Shown: piece after piece, positions 1 to 11,436 of the stretch | Position numbering within the stretch: position 1 is the stretch's first letter | Layout: the number at the start of each line of letters is the position of its first letter | DNA from: Trypanosoma brucei | Lineage: Eukaryota | Direction of reading: 5' to 3' | Length of the DNA: 64,000 nucleotides | Assembly (NCBI GenBank): GCA_000002445.1 | Contig: CP000067.1 | Location: forward strand, 448,001-512,000 | Program-made: the position numbers and the translations under genes | The notes under the pieces: model-generated | Told to the model about the DNA's origin: nothing | The model's database searches: none | The model's input: only the letters and a program-made list of their open reading frames with translations

Positions 1-464
1 CATCCACAGAACCTAACACGTTTCCCCTCTGCAGCCAGCTTCTCCAGCAACCCGCTGTCGACAATTGCCTGAGCTCCGCCAAAATGATACATCTGAAGCC
101 ATCCACCGGCAGAGAAACTTAACGTCAGGTCAACTGACGGACTTTCCACAAGTTCGTCTTCGGTTTTGCGGTACCTCAGAAGCTGAGTCAGCTTATGCAT
201 CACCAAAGACTTAAGATATATGAGAAAAAATTATTGAAAGCGAAATCAAATATTGCAATGACAAGCGAAAGGAAGAGGCTTAAAACGGGAAACAGTACAC
301 AACGTCGCTACAACCTGTACAGAGGAAAATAACTATCCGACAAATTTTCAGAAGAAAAATAAAATAAAAATTAAAACATTATGTGGAACAAATTATCAGC
401 ACACAGTGACCATACGAAGGCACACTCGCTGTAAAATCGGGCGAAAAACCAACAGGTGAGCTGC

Positions 465-1754
465 TTACTTCTTCGATTTCCTCGGGGCTGCGGTTGTGGT
501 GGCGCCACCTTTCGCCTTGCGCTCCGCGGCACGGGCAGCACGTTCCTTTCGGAGGCGCTCCTCGCGGCGGATGCGATCCTTCTTGAGTGGACCATACCAC
601 TGGCTCTTTTCCTTCTTCGTCTGGAATCGACCATGACCGATTTTACTGCTTGTGTCGATAAACTTCAGCGTAATCTTCTCCGTGAGTTTGCGCGATGTTT
701 GCGGGGCCATGGGGCGACGGAGTGTGATGACACGGCGACGAGGACCGGCAACAGAACCCTTCAGCATCACGTAGTCGTTGCGGACAGTACCGTAGCCAAC
801 AAAACCACCCATCGGAGTGATGGTCTTAGCGGTAAGATCATAAGCAGTTGTGGCTTGGTTGGGTTCCATGGAAACTGCACGACCGAGCTGGTAAATCTTC
901 TTGTTGAGGTGTGTACGGTGGTGGTAACCATGCTGACCAGCACGAGCAACGGTGTACATGACACGAGACGGATGCCATGCGCCAATGCACGCAACCTTAC
1001 GTAGACCACGGTGAGTTTTACGTGGTAGGCACGCAACACCCCAACGTTTCACGACACCAGTGAAACCATGGCCCTTAGTCACAGCGCACACGTCACATGC
1101 CTCCGACTGTTGGAACACAGAGTCGATGCGAACTTCCTTCTCAAGTAGCGATTTGGCGAGTTCAATCTTCTGCGCAATGGTGCCGCCGTTAATTTGGATC
1201 TCGCTTACGTGAGCCTTCTTCACACCAACGCGGTTGTTGCGCAGCTTGCGGAGTTGCGTGTGTGCCACCACACGGATGATGTCAGCCTTCTTTTCGAATG
1301 CCTTCAACGTCCGTGCTTCAGCGAGACGTCCCTCTGTTGTGCGAGCGAACTGCTTGCGCTTCGTGAAGGCGAGCTGTGCGGACTGTTTCCAGTTCTTGTA
1401 GAAGCGCCGGCGGAATTCCACGCTGGTGTGGTGTGCCCACACGGTGCCAATCGTCTTGTGGCCCACAGGTGTCTGCCGATAGCCAACAATTCCGACAACA
1501 ACCATCGGCGGTGCCTCAAGAATTGTCACTGGTTCCACAACCTCTTTCTTGTTCACCTTTGACCCCGGACGGTCGACATCACGCACAATATGCGTCATAC
1601 CAGCCTTGTACACCATGAAACTGGTGAGATGAGGTTTCTGTGAGGGATCATCCTTGGGGAAAGAACGTGCTCGGCCACGAATCTGACGGCTGCGTTTGCG
1701 GGGAAGGAACCCAAGATGGCCGTGACGGGGGTGCTCGAACTTGCAGTGAGACAT
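465..1754 (-). CDS. RPL3: 60S ribosomal protein L3 (tandem copy 1)
   Basis: Translation [21 protein letters not shown]...[17 protein letters not shown] (429 aa) is a canonical eukaryotic uL3. The ORF-track N-terminal extension (MLTLLNLF...) is low-complexity leader, so I start at the conserved MSHCKFEH; I read CAT at 1752-1754. A purine-rich plus-strand tract upstream (1827-1862) corresponds to a polypyrimidine tract plus AG on the coding strand. Confidence 0.95.
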   Translation of the reverse strand: MSHCKFEHPRHGHLGFLPRKRSRQIRGRARSFPKDDPSQKPHLTSFMVYKAGMTHIVRDVDRPGSKVNKKEVVEPVTILEAPPMVVVGIVGYRQTPVGHKTIGTVWAHHTSVEFRRRFYKNWKQSAQLAFTKRKQFARTTEGRLAEARTLKAFEKKADIIRVVAHTQLRKLRNNRVGVKKAHVSEIQINGGTIAQKIELAKSLLEKEVRIDSVFQQSEACDVCAVTKGHGFTGVVKRWGVACLPRKTHRGLRKVACIGAWHPSRVMYTVARAGQHGYHHRTHLNKKIYQLGRAVSMEPNQATTAYDLTAKTITPMGGFVGYGTVRNDYVMLKGSVAGPRRRVITLRRPMAPQTSRKLTEKITLKFIDTSSKIGHGRFQTKKEKSQWYGPLKKDRIRREERLRKERAARAAERKAKGGATTTAAPRKSKK

Positions 1755-1826
1755 GTTGGTGTGCTCGCTTGTTCCTAGTGCAATTCGCGCAATTATATGT
1801 GACAACAAAGTAAAAGTGATAATTAC

Positions 1827-1862
1827 AGATAAAGAAAAGAGAGAAAGAAAAGGGGAAAAGGT
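1827..1862 (-). promoter_or_regulatory. Polypyrimidine tract plus AG, putative spliced-leader acceptor region for RPL3 copy 1
   Basis: The plus strand reads agataaagaaaagagagaaagaaaaggggaaaagg, which is a CT-rich tract on the coding (minus) strand ~70-110 nt upstream of the ATG. This is the typical trypanosomatid trans-splicing signal. Confidence 0.6.
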
Positions 1863-2118
1863 AACCGTGCGGTTAATGAGCCTAAATAAATTAAGCAATG
1901 TCAGCATTAAAGATTTGGCGACCTACTACAAGGAAGTAGCCAACACACTACAACCTGTACAGAGGAAAATAACTACCCGACAAATTTTCAGAAGAAAAAT
2001 AAAATAAAAATTAAAAAACAAAAATTAAAACATTATGTGGAACAAATTATCAGCACACAGTGACCATACGAAGGCACACTCGCTGTAAAATCGGGCGAAA
2101 AACCAACAGGTGAGCTGC

Positions 2119-3408
2119 TTACTTCTTCGATTTCCTCGGGGCTGCGGTTGTGGTGGCGCCACCTTTCGCCTTGCGCTCCGCGGCACGGGCAGCACGTTCC
2201 TTTCGGAGGCGCTCCTCGCGGCGGATGCGATCCTTCTTGAGTGGACCATACCACTGGCTCTTTTCCTTCTTCGTCTGGAATCGACCATGACCGATTTTAC
2301 TGCTTGTGTCGATAAACTTCAGCGTAATCTTCTCCGTGAGTTTGCGCGATGTTTGCGGGGCCATGGGGCGACGGAGTGTGATGACACGGCGACGAGGACC
2401 GGCAACAGAACCCTTCAGCATCACGTAGTCGTTGCGGACAGTACCGTAGCCAACAAAACCACCCATCGGAGTGATGGTCTTAGCGGTAAGATCATAAGCA
2501 GTTGTGGCTTGGTTGGGTTCCATGGAAACTGCACGACCGAGCTGGTAAATCTTCTTGTTGAGGTGTGTACGGTGGTGGTAACCATGCTGACCAGCACGAG
2601 CAACGGTGTACATGACACGAGACGGATGCCATGCGCCAATGCACGCAACCTTACGTAGACCACGGTGAGTTTTACGTGGTAGGCACGCAACACCCCAACG
2701 TTTCACGACACCAGTGAAACCATGGCCCTTAGTCACAGCGCACACGTCACATGCCTCCGACTGTTGGAACACAGAGTCGATGCGAACTTCCTTCTCAAGT
2801 AGCGATTTGGCGAGTTCAATCTTCTGCGCAATGGTGCCGCCGTTAATTTGGATCTCGCTTACGTGAGCCTTCTTCACACCAACGCGGTTGTTGCGCAGCT
2901 TGCGGAGTTGCGTGTGTGCCACCACACGGATGATGTCAGCCTTCTTTTCGAATGCCTTCAACGTCCGTGCTTCAGCGAGACGTCCCTCTGTTGTGCGAGC
3001 GAACTGCTTGCGCTTCGTGAAGGCGAGCTGTGCGGACTGTTTCCAGTTCTTGTAGAAGCGCCGGCGGAATTCCACGCTGGTGTGGTGTGCCCACACGGTG
3101 CCAATCGTCTTGTGGCCCACAGGTGTCTGCCGATAGCCAACAATTCCGACAACAACCATCGGCGGTGCCTCAAGAATTGTCACTGGTTCCACAACCTCTT
3201 TCTTGTTCACCTTTGACCCCGGACGGTCGACATCACGCACAATATGCGTCATACCAGCCTTGTACACCATGAAACTGGTGAGATGAGGTTTCTGTGAGGG
3301 ATCATCCTTGGGGAAAGAACGTGCTCGGCCACGAATCTGACGGCTGCGTTTGCGGGGAAGGAACCCAAGATGGCCGTGACGGGGGTGCTCGAACTTGCAG
3401 TGAGACAT
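2119..3408 (-). CDS. RPL3: 60S ribosomal protein L3 (tandem copy 2)
   Basis: The translation is identical to copy 1. The start is at the conserved MSHCKFEH with CAT at 3406-3408. The flanks are near-identical to copy 1. Confidence 0.95.
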   Translation of the reverse strand: MSHCKFEHPRHGHLGFLPRKRSRQIRGRARSFPKDDPSQKPHLTSFMVYKAGMTHIVRDVDRPGSKVNKKEVVEPVTILEAPPMVVVGIVGYRQTPVGHKTIGTVWAHHTSVEFRRRFYKNWKQSAQLAFTKRKQFARTTEGRLAEARTLKAFEKKADIIRVVAHTQLRKLRNNRVGVKKAHVSEIQINGGTIAQKIELAKSLLEKEVRIDSVFQQSEACDVCAVTKGHGFTGVVKRWGVACLPRKTHRGLRKVACIGAWHPSRVMYTVARAGQHGYHHRTHLNKKIYQLGRAVSMEPNQATTAYDLTAKTITPMGGFVGYGTVRNDYVMLKGSVAGPRRRVITLRRPMAPQTSRKLTEKITLKFIDTSSKIGHGRFQTKKEKSQWYGPLKKDRIRREERLRKERAARAAERKAKGGATTTAAPRKSKK

Positions 3409-3480
3409 GTTGGTGTGCTCGCTTGTTCCTAATGCAATTCGCGCAATTATATGTGACAACAAAGTAAAAGTGATAATTAC

Positions 3481-3516
3481 AGATAAAGAAAAGAGAGAAA
3501 GAAAAGGGGGAAAAGT
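3481..3516 (-). promoter_or_regulatory. Polypyrimidine tract plus AG, putative spliced-leader acceptor region for RPL3 copy 2
   Basis: Same purine-rich plus-strand tract (agataaagaaaagagagaaagaaaagggggaaaag) at the same distance upstream of the copy-2 ATG. Confidence 0.6.
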
Positions 3517-4479
3517 AAGCGTGCGGTTAATAAGAATAAAGGGAGTAAGCGGCGGTGAGCGCTAGTCAGCACCGGCGCCTTGTGTTGTTGGGTATTCATT
3601 TGCTGTTTTGAAAGAAATGTGAGTAAGCGGTTGTAGTGTATCTTACTCATCTAACCGATGCTTAGATCTGTTTGCTGTGTTGTCTGTCCCTTCGGCACTT
3701 CAAATTCTTGGATGCATGTGTTTCGAGACGGGAGGCTCATTATGTATTTCATATACTCCCAGCAAGCCACTTAATGGATTGGCCTTTGTCAAGTACAGCA
3801 GTATCTCATTGTAAGTGGTGTTGGCATCGCATTACCAGGTGTGGTGAACACTTGGTAGACATATCCAACTCCTGCTTACAGGAGTTCCACGCCCCCAAGC
3901 CCACCAAATATTAGTAGCAAAACAGACCATCATCGTCTTAAACGTTGGGCGCTTTCAACCCGCATTTTCTAATATGCGGGTTCGTTGTAACTAGCGATCA
4001 CTCACCATGCCTTCATACCCTTACTACCTTTTAACTGCATTCGACCAAACGGCAATTGCAGTTGAGAGCACAGTTGTCGAGAAGTGAAAGAGTAACACAC
4101 GTTGTGGACCGAAAAACAGTTACAACTTTACCGATAAGGGTATGATGCCACCTGCAAGACCGGGATCGTGGAAAATGCACCCATCACAGGCAACGTCGCT
4201 AACGCCGCTGTCGCGCTTTTCTTCACGCGCACTCGCGGACGGATATTATCAGAGAGATGTATTGGGGATTTCATCATGGCAGACGGAGGCGCCACCTAAA
4301 AAAAAAAAATTCGCAACGATCGGTTACACCTCGTCCTTGCATAATGAGTAACAACTCACATCTCATTTTTGTCGTAATCAGCAACCACGTGCCCAGAGGC
4401 TGCATGTTCCCATCACGCCGCCAACTTCCACCACTGCTCTTTTCGGCACGCGCACTGCTCAACCACATACTGGCGCTGT

Positions 4480-4824
4480 TTATTTCTTCAACATCTTTTC
4501 CGCACCACCAATGGGGAAATCCACCTTCTTCGCTATCGCCGACTTGGTCATGAATGGTCCTTTTATTTTCGTTTCCTTGAACAAGCAGTGCCGCTGCAGC
4601 ACTGGATCCCAGAGCACCTTTTGCACTTTTCGCCCTGTAGCATCTAGTCGCTCTGTCTCCGTCTTGAGGTATCCCTCCATGTGCCCGGTGTTTGCCTCAC
4701 TGCGCAGTGCTACCATATTGTTTTTTATCTTCCTGGGGATAACCTTGGGGATGAAACCCACCATACGCTTCTTGAGACGCGTCTTGTACTGGCCACGCAA
4801 CAACAAGGCGGTGGAGGAGAGCAT
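4480..4824 (-). CDS. Candidate small basic protein (114 aa), possible N-terminal mitochondrial presequence
   Basis: ATG-initiated ORF (CAT at 4822-4824): MLSSTALLLRGQYKTRLKKRMVGFIPKV...; it is not low-complexity. A minus-strand CT-rich tract lies at ~4945-4990, followed by AG dinucleotides. No family recognised, and it could be a chance ORF. Confidence 0.3.
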   Translation of the reverse strand: MLSSTALLLRGQYKTRLKKRMVGFIPKVIPRKIKNNMVALRSEANTGHMEGYLKTETERLDATGRKVQKVLWDPVLQRHCLFKETKIKGPFMTKSAIAKKVDFPIGGAEKMLKK

Positions 4825-5192
4825 TCTTCCTCTCCTTTTGCTAGTTGCTTCCGGTTCTCCCCTTGTCGCTGCCGTGGTTGGCCGTGTTTTGTATCCCCTA
4901 TTTCCACTCTGAGATATACACGTGTCAACATGAGCATGTGTGTAAATACATATATATGTGTGTGTGGGGGGGGGGGAGAGTGGAATTAAAGTCAGCGATT
5001 GAGACGAGCGGGAGGCGTAACACTGAAAAATTACCCTTCTGTGACCATTTGTCCACGTGAAGTTGTCAAAGTTGTGTACCGCTTAAACGGAATTCGGTTT
5101 TACACGCAACAATTAAAATGGTTATGACTGGCGAAAGCATAGAGAGGGAAAAGTATACAAGACAACACCATAGAGTGACTGTACTCTGGCCA

Positions 5193-7160
5193 CTACTGCT
5201 GAAGCTGACTGTGGAGTGCAAGTGGGTATTTTTTCAGCGTGAGCTCCACAACGCCCTCAGAAAGGAAGATCACTTCGTTTCGCTTTCCTTTACCGGCTTC
5301 CGCCCCTCGGTCGTCCACAGCGAATACGGGTTCCTTGAATACCAGTTTCACCTTCCCCGTCTTGCCGAACGCGGAGTCAATGATGCCTTCCCTTAAGCCC
5401 CCCGGCCCGTTCTCATTAACGCAGCATCCATCATCCCCGCTCGTTGGCCGAAAGTAAACCGTAAGCCCAATGAATTTCTGTACCTCAGCATGAAGTGCAT
5501 CCTTAACTTTCGTATCCCTCTCCTTCTTATTGGTGCTCATACCACCACCGCTCCTAGCCTCATGCATCTCCGAAGTAACGACGCCACTGGCAATACACGA
5601 CCTGTCACTCACCACGCGTTCCACTACTAACGACCGGGACTTGTATCGAACGATGGGCATCGACCGCCACATCACGGCATCGTCTTTATCATCATGCAGA
5701 AGCGCACGGACGCGCCCCGCGAGTGCTATCCGGCACATGTTTTCTCGTTCCACGTCAAGTCGGGCCGCTATTAGTGGGGTCCCAATAGCTGCCAAGATGG
5801 GTTTCTCAAGCAGTACGATGGCGAAATATGTCAACGGCCCACGCTTGACAGCGATGGGTCGGCCGGGCCACCGATGCTTGTCTTCGGAAGGGCATTCAAA
5901 CGTGATGAACGCCTCCTCACCCAACTCCTCCACGTACTGACTTTCTTGCATTAGGTCGAAAGGGGGCTCCTCCGCTAATTCCTCCCCAGCTTGCGAGTCG
6001 CTGGGGAGGCAAACAGTCGGGCGACTGAAAAACCGCATGGTTCCCATCACCGTAGAGTGACCAATGTTTATATGAAACTTGGTGTGCACGTTGCACGGCA
6101 GCTGATGGAACCGAACACGACTAACCTCCGCAACCATCACAGAGGCACTTTCAAACACTGGCACAGGATGAACCGCCTGGTCTGCGCGGCTCCGCTGCCG
6201 CTGTTGCTGCTGCAGCGCACTACAAAGCAAACCGCGCTCCATTCCTTCAGCATCAAACTGTACAACAGAGAGTCCAACGCGGTCACCACGGCGGGCCATC
6301 TGCACGGGCTTGCGGAACACTTGCAACCCCTTCACTTTCTTTACCACATGAGACTCAGGAATGACAACGCTGTCCCCTACGCTTACCTGTCCGCGGAGAA
6401 TGGTGCCGGTGAACACGGTACCTTGGCCTTTCAATGCAAAGCAGTGGTCAACCATCATCACAAAGTCCTCCGGCCTCAACGGAGCTTCCTTATTTCTTTT
6501 GATCGTATCCGCGTCGACAAGGCTCAGGACGGCCGGTAACACCTTCTCCACGTTGATTGGACTCATCATACAGCCCTCACACGTTGTACCACCCGACTCT
6601 TCGCGACGCGGTGCGGCAGCGACCTCAACCATCGCCACAGATGGCCATCTGGTTCGTTCGAATGTCTTTTGCAGGCGCTTCCGCAGTTTATCGATTGCTG
6701 CCCGCTTCTCTTCGCTCGTAGACCCCTGGATAGCGTCAACTTTGTTGATCACAAGGACGAGTGGTTTGCACAGGACCTCGCCAATCACTATGCACTCCGC
6801 TGTCTGCGTCTGTATACCCTTGCAAGCATCAATGACAAGAATCATCATGTCTATAATTTGCGCCCCTCCCAATACAGTACGAATGAGCGATGCGTGTCCG
6901 GGGCAATCAACAAAAGTACATTGGACCTGTTGAATACCAGCGTTAAACAAATCCGGCGCAATGCCCTCCGTAGGAACGCAAGTGGCGCTAAAGCCAAGGT
7001 CGAGTGTTATGCCTCGGCGCTGACTCTCAGGACTCTTGTCAAATGCTGCTGTTGAAGCAGTTGATGAAAGCGCGCGTGCAAGCGATGTCTTTCCACTGTC
7101 TACATGACCTAGAATTCCGATGTTAATGTTTACAGAGGCAACATCATTAACTTCTGTCAT
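5193..7160 (-). CDS. Selenocysteine-specific translation elongation factor (EFSec/SelB-like GTPase)
   Basis: 655 aa. N-terminal GTPase domain with G1 motif NIGILGHVDSGKTSLARAL, DCPGH (G3) and NKVD (G4). It is followed by EF-Tu-like beta-barrel domains and a long C-terminal extension, as in eukaryotic EFSec. CAT at 7158-7160. Confidence 0.8.
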   Translation of the reverse strand: MTEVNDVASVNINIGILGHVDSGKTSLARALSSTASTAAFDKSPESQRRGITLDLGFSATCVPTEGIAPDLFNAGIQQVQCTFVDCPGHASLIRTVLGGAQIIDMMILVIDACKGIQTQTAECIVIGEVLCKPLVLVINKVDAIQGSTSEEKRAAIDKLRKRLQKTFERTRWPSVAMVEVAAAPRREESGGTTCEGCMMSPINVEKVLPAVLSLVDADTIKRNKEAPLRPEDFVMMVDHCFALKGQGTVFTGTILRGQVSVGDSVVIPESHVVKKVKGLQVFRKPVQMARRGDRVGLSVVQFDAEGMERGLLCSALQQQQRQRSRADQAVHPVPVFESASVMVAEVSRVRFHQLPCNVHTKFHINIGHSTVMGTMRFFSRPTVCLPSDSQAGEELAEEPPFDLMQESQYVEELGEEAFITFECPSEDKHRWPGRPIAVKRGPLTYFAIVLLEKPILAAIGTPLIAARLDVERENMCRIALAGRVRALLHDDKDDAVMWRSMPIVRYKSRSLVVERVVSDRSCIASGVVTSEMHEARSGGGMSTNKKERDTKVKDALHAEVQKFIGLTVYFRPTSGDDGCCVNENGPGGLREGIIDSAFGKTGKVKLVFKEPVFAVDDRGAEAGKGKRNEVIFLSEGVVELTLKKYPLALHSQLQQ

Positions 7161-7635
7161 TCCTGTTGGTCAACGCTCACAAGGTTGCTGTGCATGCAGC
7201 GGAGCTCCTTTCAACAGGGGTGGGGAAGTAACCTTCACCCGCTGTTAGTTGCGCTTCAAAAATAGACTAGTGGGGAGGGAAAAGGAACCCAATATGAAGC
7301 GTAGGGGAAGGGAAAGTTGATGAAAGGAGTTGTTCATATGAAGTGCACACCAGTAGCATCAAGCGATGTCCATATTAGACATACAAAAAAAAAGGGAACC
7401 AAAAACAACAACAACAACAGTAGCTCTATTTCCTGCTGCGAGAATTCCGTATCGTTTTAAATAGACTCGTTAACGTGTGCTACAGCATCATTTCCATCCG
7501 ACACTCACCTGACAGGGGTATCATGACGATGAGAAAAATTAGCCACTCATGGCGGGGAAAGTGGGGAACCAAAGTAAAACACAACAACGATGAGGACAAA
7601 GAGGAAAAAAAAACACAACTTATCACTCAGCATCC

Positions 7636-7944
7636 TCATCCGCCATGCAGTGTGGAGATGAATTCAACGGTATCACCATCATTTAGCACATAGTCCATCC
7701 CACCAACAACTTCTGCATCGCATGAATTCACCAGCACAAGAATGCCCGGACGGAGCGTTTGACCCGTCTGATCCACGAGAAGATCCGGTCTTTCCTTGAC
7801 GTAGTTTGTCTTGAGTAACTGCACCAACCCATTGAGGTTCGTCCCCGTGGGAACAACGCCATCCAACTGAAGACTTGTTTGCTTAGCAAAAAGTAACTCA
7901 CATCCTCCTGCGAACTGCACTGTTATGTGGTTGTGGTTCGACAT
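7636..7944 (-). CDS. URM1: Ubiquitin-related modifier 1 (sulfur carrier for tRNA 2-thiolation / urmylation)
   Basis: 102 aa beta-grasp protein ending in the diagnostic C-terminal Gly-Gly (..FISTLHGG). It matches the URM1 pattern (ITVQFAGGCELLF..., NYVKERPDLL). ATG confirmed (CAT 7942-7944). Confidence 0.8.
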   Translation of the reverse strand: MSNHNHITVQFAGGCELLFAKQTSLQLDGVVPTGTNLNGLVQLLKTNYVKERPDLLVDQTGQTLRPGILVLVNSCDAEVVGGMDYVLNDGDTVEFISTLHGG

Positions 7945-8411
7945 TATAATGCGTTTAAGCCACAGAAACGATTATAAAGATAGACAAAAAAGGTAATGTT
8001 ACACCCCGAGGGAAAACTGCGAATAAAACCAAGTAACGGTCACCCTTTTTGCTATTACTAATATATTTACGTTACCGTAACGGTTCGAGAGAAGGAAAAC
8101 AAATGTGGAAAAACAATGTTTGGAGGTGAAGGTGAGGGGTAGCATAACAAATTTACACGTGATAAAAGGGGCGGCGAACCAAAACGAGGAAAATCGAAGA
8201 TTCACCGGTAAAAGAAATGACGTCACGTCAATCAGCCGTCGCGTGTGGGGGGGGGGGAGCGGGGGGAGGGTTCCATTTTGGGGGCCGTTTACTCGATTCG
8301 CAGGGAACCTTCGACAATTCCCTCACTATTTTTTTTAAATCCAACCGCGCCCAGGCGAGTTTGTTTAAAATTCGACTCCACTTCTCTCCATGCCAATACA
8401 CCAGACACCAA

Positions 8412-8445
<34 letters not shown>

Positions 8446-8446
8446 G
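8412..8446. repeat. Compound (CA)n(TA)n microsatellite
   Basis: acacacacacacacatatatatatatatatatatat read directly. Confidence 0.85.
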
Positions 8447-11436
8447 TACAAAAACAAACACATACATTTGTGTTGCTGCGAGGAATCAGGTGCTGCATGT
8501 AAATGTAAAAGTAACTGTAACCTTAAAAACCTAGGAAATAGGGCAACAGGGGAAGAGAGAATATGAATATGAACATGAAGTATAAACATGCGGAAAACAA
8601 ACAAACAAACAAAGCAGTGCGGTTCCGGTCGAAATAAAAGGATTCGGTAGAGAGAGAGAGTGCCGGCGGATGCGGAAACAAAAAGTGCAGTAACAACGAG
8701 CCTAGCCTGTAACCATCTTTTTTTCACACAAACACAAACACGAACACACACAAAACCAATAATTCTCTCAGTTTCATCCTCCAACACTGAAAACTTATTC
8801 CGCTCAGATGTGAAATGGCGCACAAGCAAACGGGCGCCCAGAAGGCCACATATGTTCGTAAGCTTATATATAAAAATAAATAAATATAGGCAAACGTATT
8901 TTGTTCTAAGTTCACTTTTCCTCCTCTTCAACATGAATTGCAACTTCACAGAGGCCGTGTAATGATGAAAAAAGAAAAGTGTGAACAGACCCTTCCGTTA
9001 CGATTCAGAGAGGGAGGGAGGGAGGTAAAGGAGAGAGGGGGTTAAGTGCTGATATATGAGGTGGTGCTGCGCCTTTCAGGGTTCCAGTAATTACTCTCTC
9101 ATCTCCCACCTCTGACTTCTCATTTTGTTTTTGTTTTTATTTATTTATTTATTTTTTGTTTTGCTTTGCTTTTATCCTTCCTTTCTTTTTCCTTTTATCT
9201 TCTTTGAGTTATTTTCTCCTCCCTTTTATATATATATATATATATATTTCCCCCCTCCTAGCAGTTCTCCTCCTAATCGGCTTAATGGATTTCTCCCTCC
9301 CCCTCCTCCCAACACACGAGAAATAAAGCATGACCATGGAGAGGAAACAAACCAAAGAGTGGCACGGATCGCAACGTAATAAATAAGCAAAAATAAGGTG
9401 GAAAAAAAAAGGCAAACAAACTTTATCTATGGCTAAAATAAAAAGAAGAATAGTAACAAAAAAAAAAATTAAAATTAAAAAAAAAACTTATAGCGCAACC
9501 ACAGGCGTAGTAGGCATGAAAAAATTGCATACCGTGCCGCCCCATTTTGTCTTTTCCTTCCCTTTTGACCACACCTTTCCTCATGGCAGCAAAATCCTTC
9601 ACTCCTCCCCCCTTTTCTTCATCCTACTCTTCCTTCTTTTTTTTCCTCCTTCTTCTCATGAATCCACACCTTATTATTTATTTATTTCTTTTTTTTTTTG
9701 CTTTTTCTTTTCCTGTTTTATTTCTTCTGAGCCATATGAGTTAAAAAAGCAGCGACGATAACACCACAATATCGATGTGCATTGGAAAAAAAGGGAGAGA
9801 GAGGAAAAAAGAAAAAAAAAGCAAACTCATCACGGCAAACGAGAAATATCCTCATTCAAGTGGCATTGGGGTCTTCGTGTTTATTTTTTCTTTTTCTTTT
9901 TTTTTCGTACGTGTCCATTAAGTGGCCCGCTTTGCAGTGGCCGTCCCCACATCTCTCTCTTTTTTTTTTCTTTAAAAAGAAAAAAAATCTATTTAGCTGT
10001 GCATCACTGTGGCCCATGTTATATATATATATATATATAACACATACACTTATACACCTGCGGCTATGCATCAAATAAAGGCGGGGTATGGGGAAAATAC
10101 CACCAGAGCCGTCAAATATATTTCACGCATAAATGTATAGGTGAATGTATTCATATATACGTTTAACTCCTCCCTCTTACGTTAGCACAAACAGGAAAGT
10201 GCAAGAAAAAAAAAAGGAAGAAAGGAAAAAAAAAGAGATGGAGCAGGCGGGGTTTTCGTTTCCTGTTTAATTTTTGTATTTTTTTTTGTTTTCCTTTCCT
10301 TTGCTCGTTTCTTCAGAGTCAAATCATGCAGAAATAAATAATGCAGACACGCAAACACGCACAAGCACCGATGATAATGTACATAAACGTACGAAAACGA
10401 ATTACATCAAGGAGGGGAAAACCAACCGAGACACAAAAGGGGGGGGGCACATAAAAAGCAGGAAAAAAAAACAGGGAGAGATTCAAAAGGAAAGAAAACA
10501 CTCGACGGTGAGTGGTGCCGAGGAGGCGTATATACGACCAAAAAAACGAAATAAAAACAAAAACAAAATCAAATTTAAAGAGACCTGAAGACACATCGCA
10601 CTGAATTGCGCGCGAGATGCGAGATGCGGTCTGCATGTTTTTCTTTTCACACCATATTTTTTTTTTCTAACTGTTCCGACGCATTGTGCCGATGAACTCA
10701 AATCAATATAAATAAATAAATAAATAAATATATATATATATATATGTATGAGTACGTGCGCACAAACACGGCAGAGCAGTTATCACATACATGCTGATTA
10801 ACTCAGCATTGAATAAGTGGAAACCAAACCAAACCAAACCAACCTTCCCTATAAAAAAAACAACAACAACAACAACAACACAATAACAAACAACAGCAAT
10901 GCGACCTCCCGCCAAACACATGTGATCTTTTTTTTTTCTTCGTTCCATATTGTTGCGCGGGGAAGTGATCCCGGACACTCCACTTGTTAGTGGGTGCGAA
11001 ACACAAAACAAAACAAAAGAAACAGCTACAGAATCAGTACATGTGACCGGAGGTGGCAGGAAAACGATGAGCTGCTCAGCAACAAGGACAAAAAACAAAA
11101 AGAGGTTAGAAGTTTAAATTTAATTAAAAAAAAAAAGAACAACAACAACAACACGAATAGGAAACAAAACAGTTTCCTTTTTTTATTTTTTGGCCTCCTC
11201 CTCCCCAATAAAACCAAATCTCTTACCGCACACACCTCCTCCAACGTACCCGCGCCTCCCCACAATATTTTCAGTCACTGCATTTCCCCCCCTCTCCCCC
11301 CAAAAAAGGGAGGGAGAAAAAACTATGAAAACCCATTCCCTTTCTTTCGCACCACCACCACCACGGCGATCATCTGAGTAATAATAATAATAGTAATAAT
11401 AATAATAATAGTAATAATAATAATAACCCCCGTGGC

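Larger units (their letters stand above)
307..3530. repeat. Tandem direct duplication, 2 x ~1.65 kb (RPL3 CDS plus UTR/intergenic flanks)
   Basis: Sequence 307-1948 recurs at 1949-3530. The ORF track shows identical protein sets at a +1654 offset. I saw few differences: a 12-nt insertion (aaaacaaaaatt) near 2010-2021 in the copy-2 3' flank, a t/c change at 1978, and g/a at 1778 versus 3432. The repeat ends where sequence diverges after gtgcggttaat (~1878 versus ~3530). Confidence 0.95.

Noticed and set aside
456-1004. Plus-strand 182-aa ORFs (456-1004 and 2110-2658) and other plus- or minus-strand ORFs nested in the RPL3 units.
   Set aside because: They are antisense to, or out of frame within, a strongly conserved RPL3 CDS. 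They are duplicated only because the locus is duplicated, and they have no independent coding signature.
3940-4010. Possible tRNA suggested by a GGTTCG motif and a 7-bp palindrome (cccgcat...atgcggg).
   Set aside because: I could not build acceptor, D and T arms of a cloverleaf around it on either strand. It is retained only as a generic possible structured element within the 3531-4479 finding.
5530-7055. Plus-strand ORFs of 130-190 aa overlapping the EFSec gene (5530-5940, 5991-6539, 6361-6933, 6669-7055).
   Set aside because: They are antisense frames of a GC-rich conserved CDS. Kinetoplastid units are unidirectional, so these are chance open frames.
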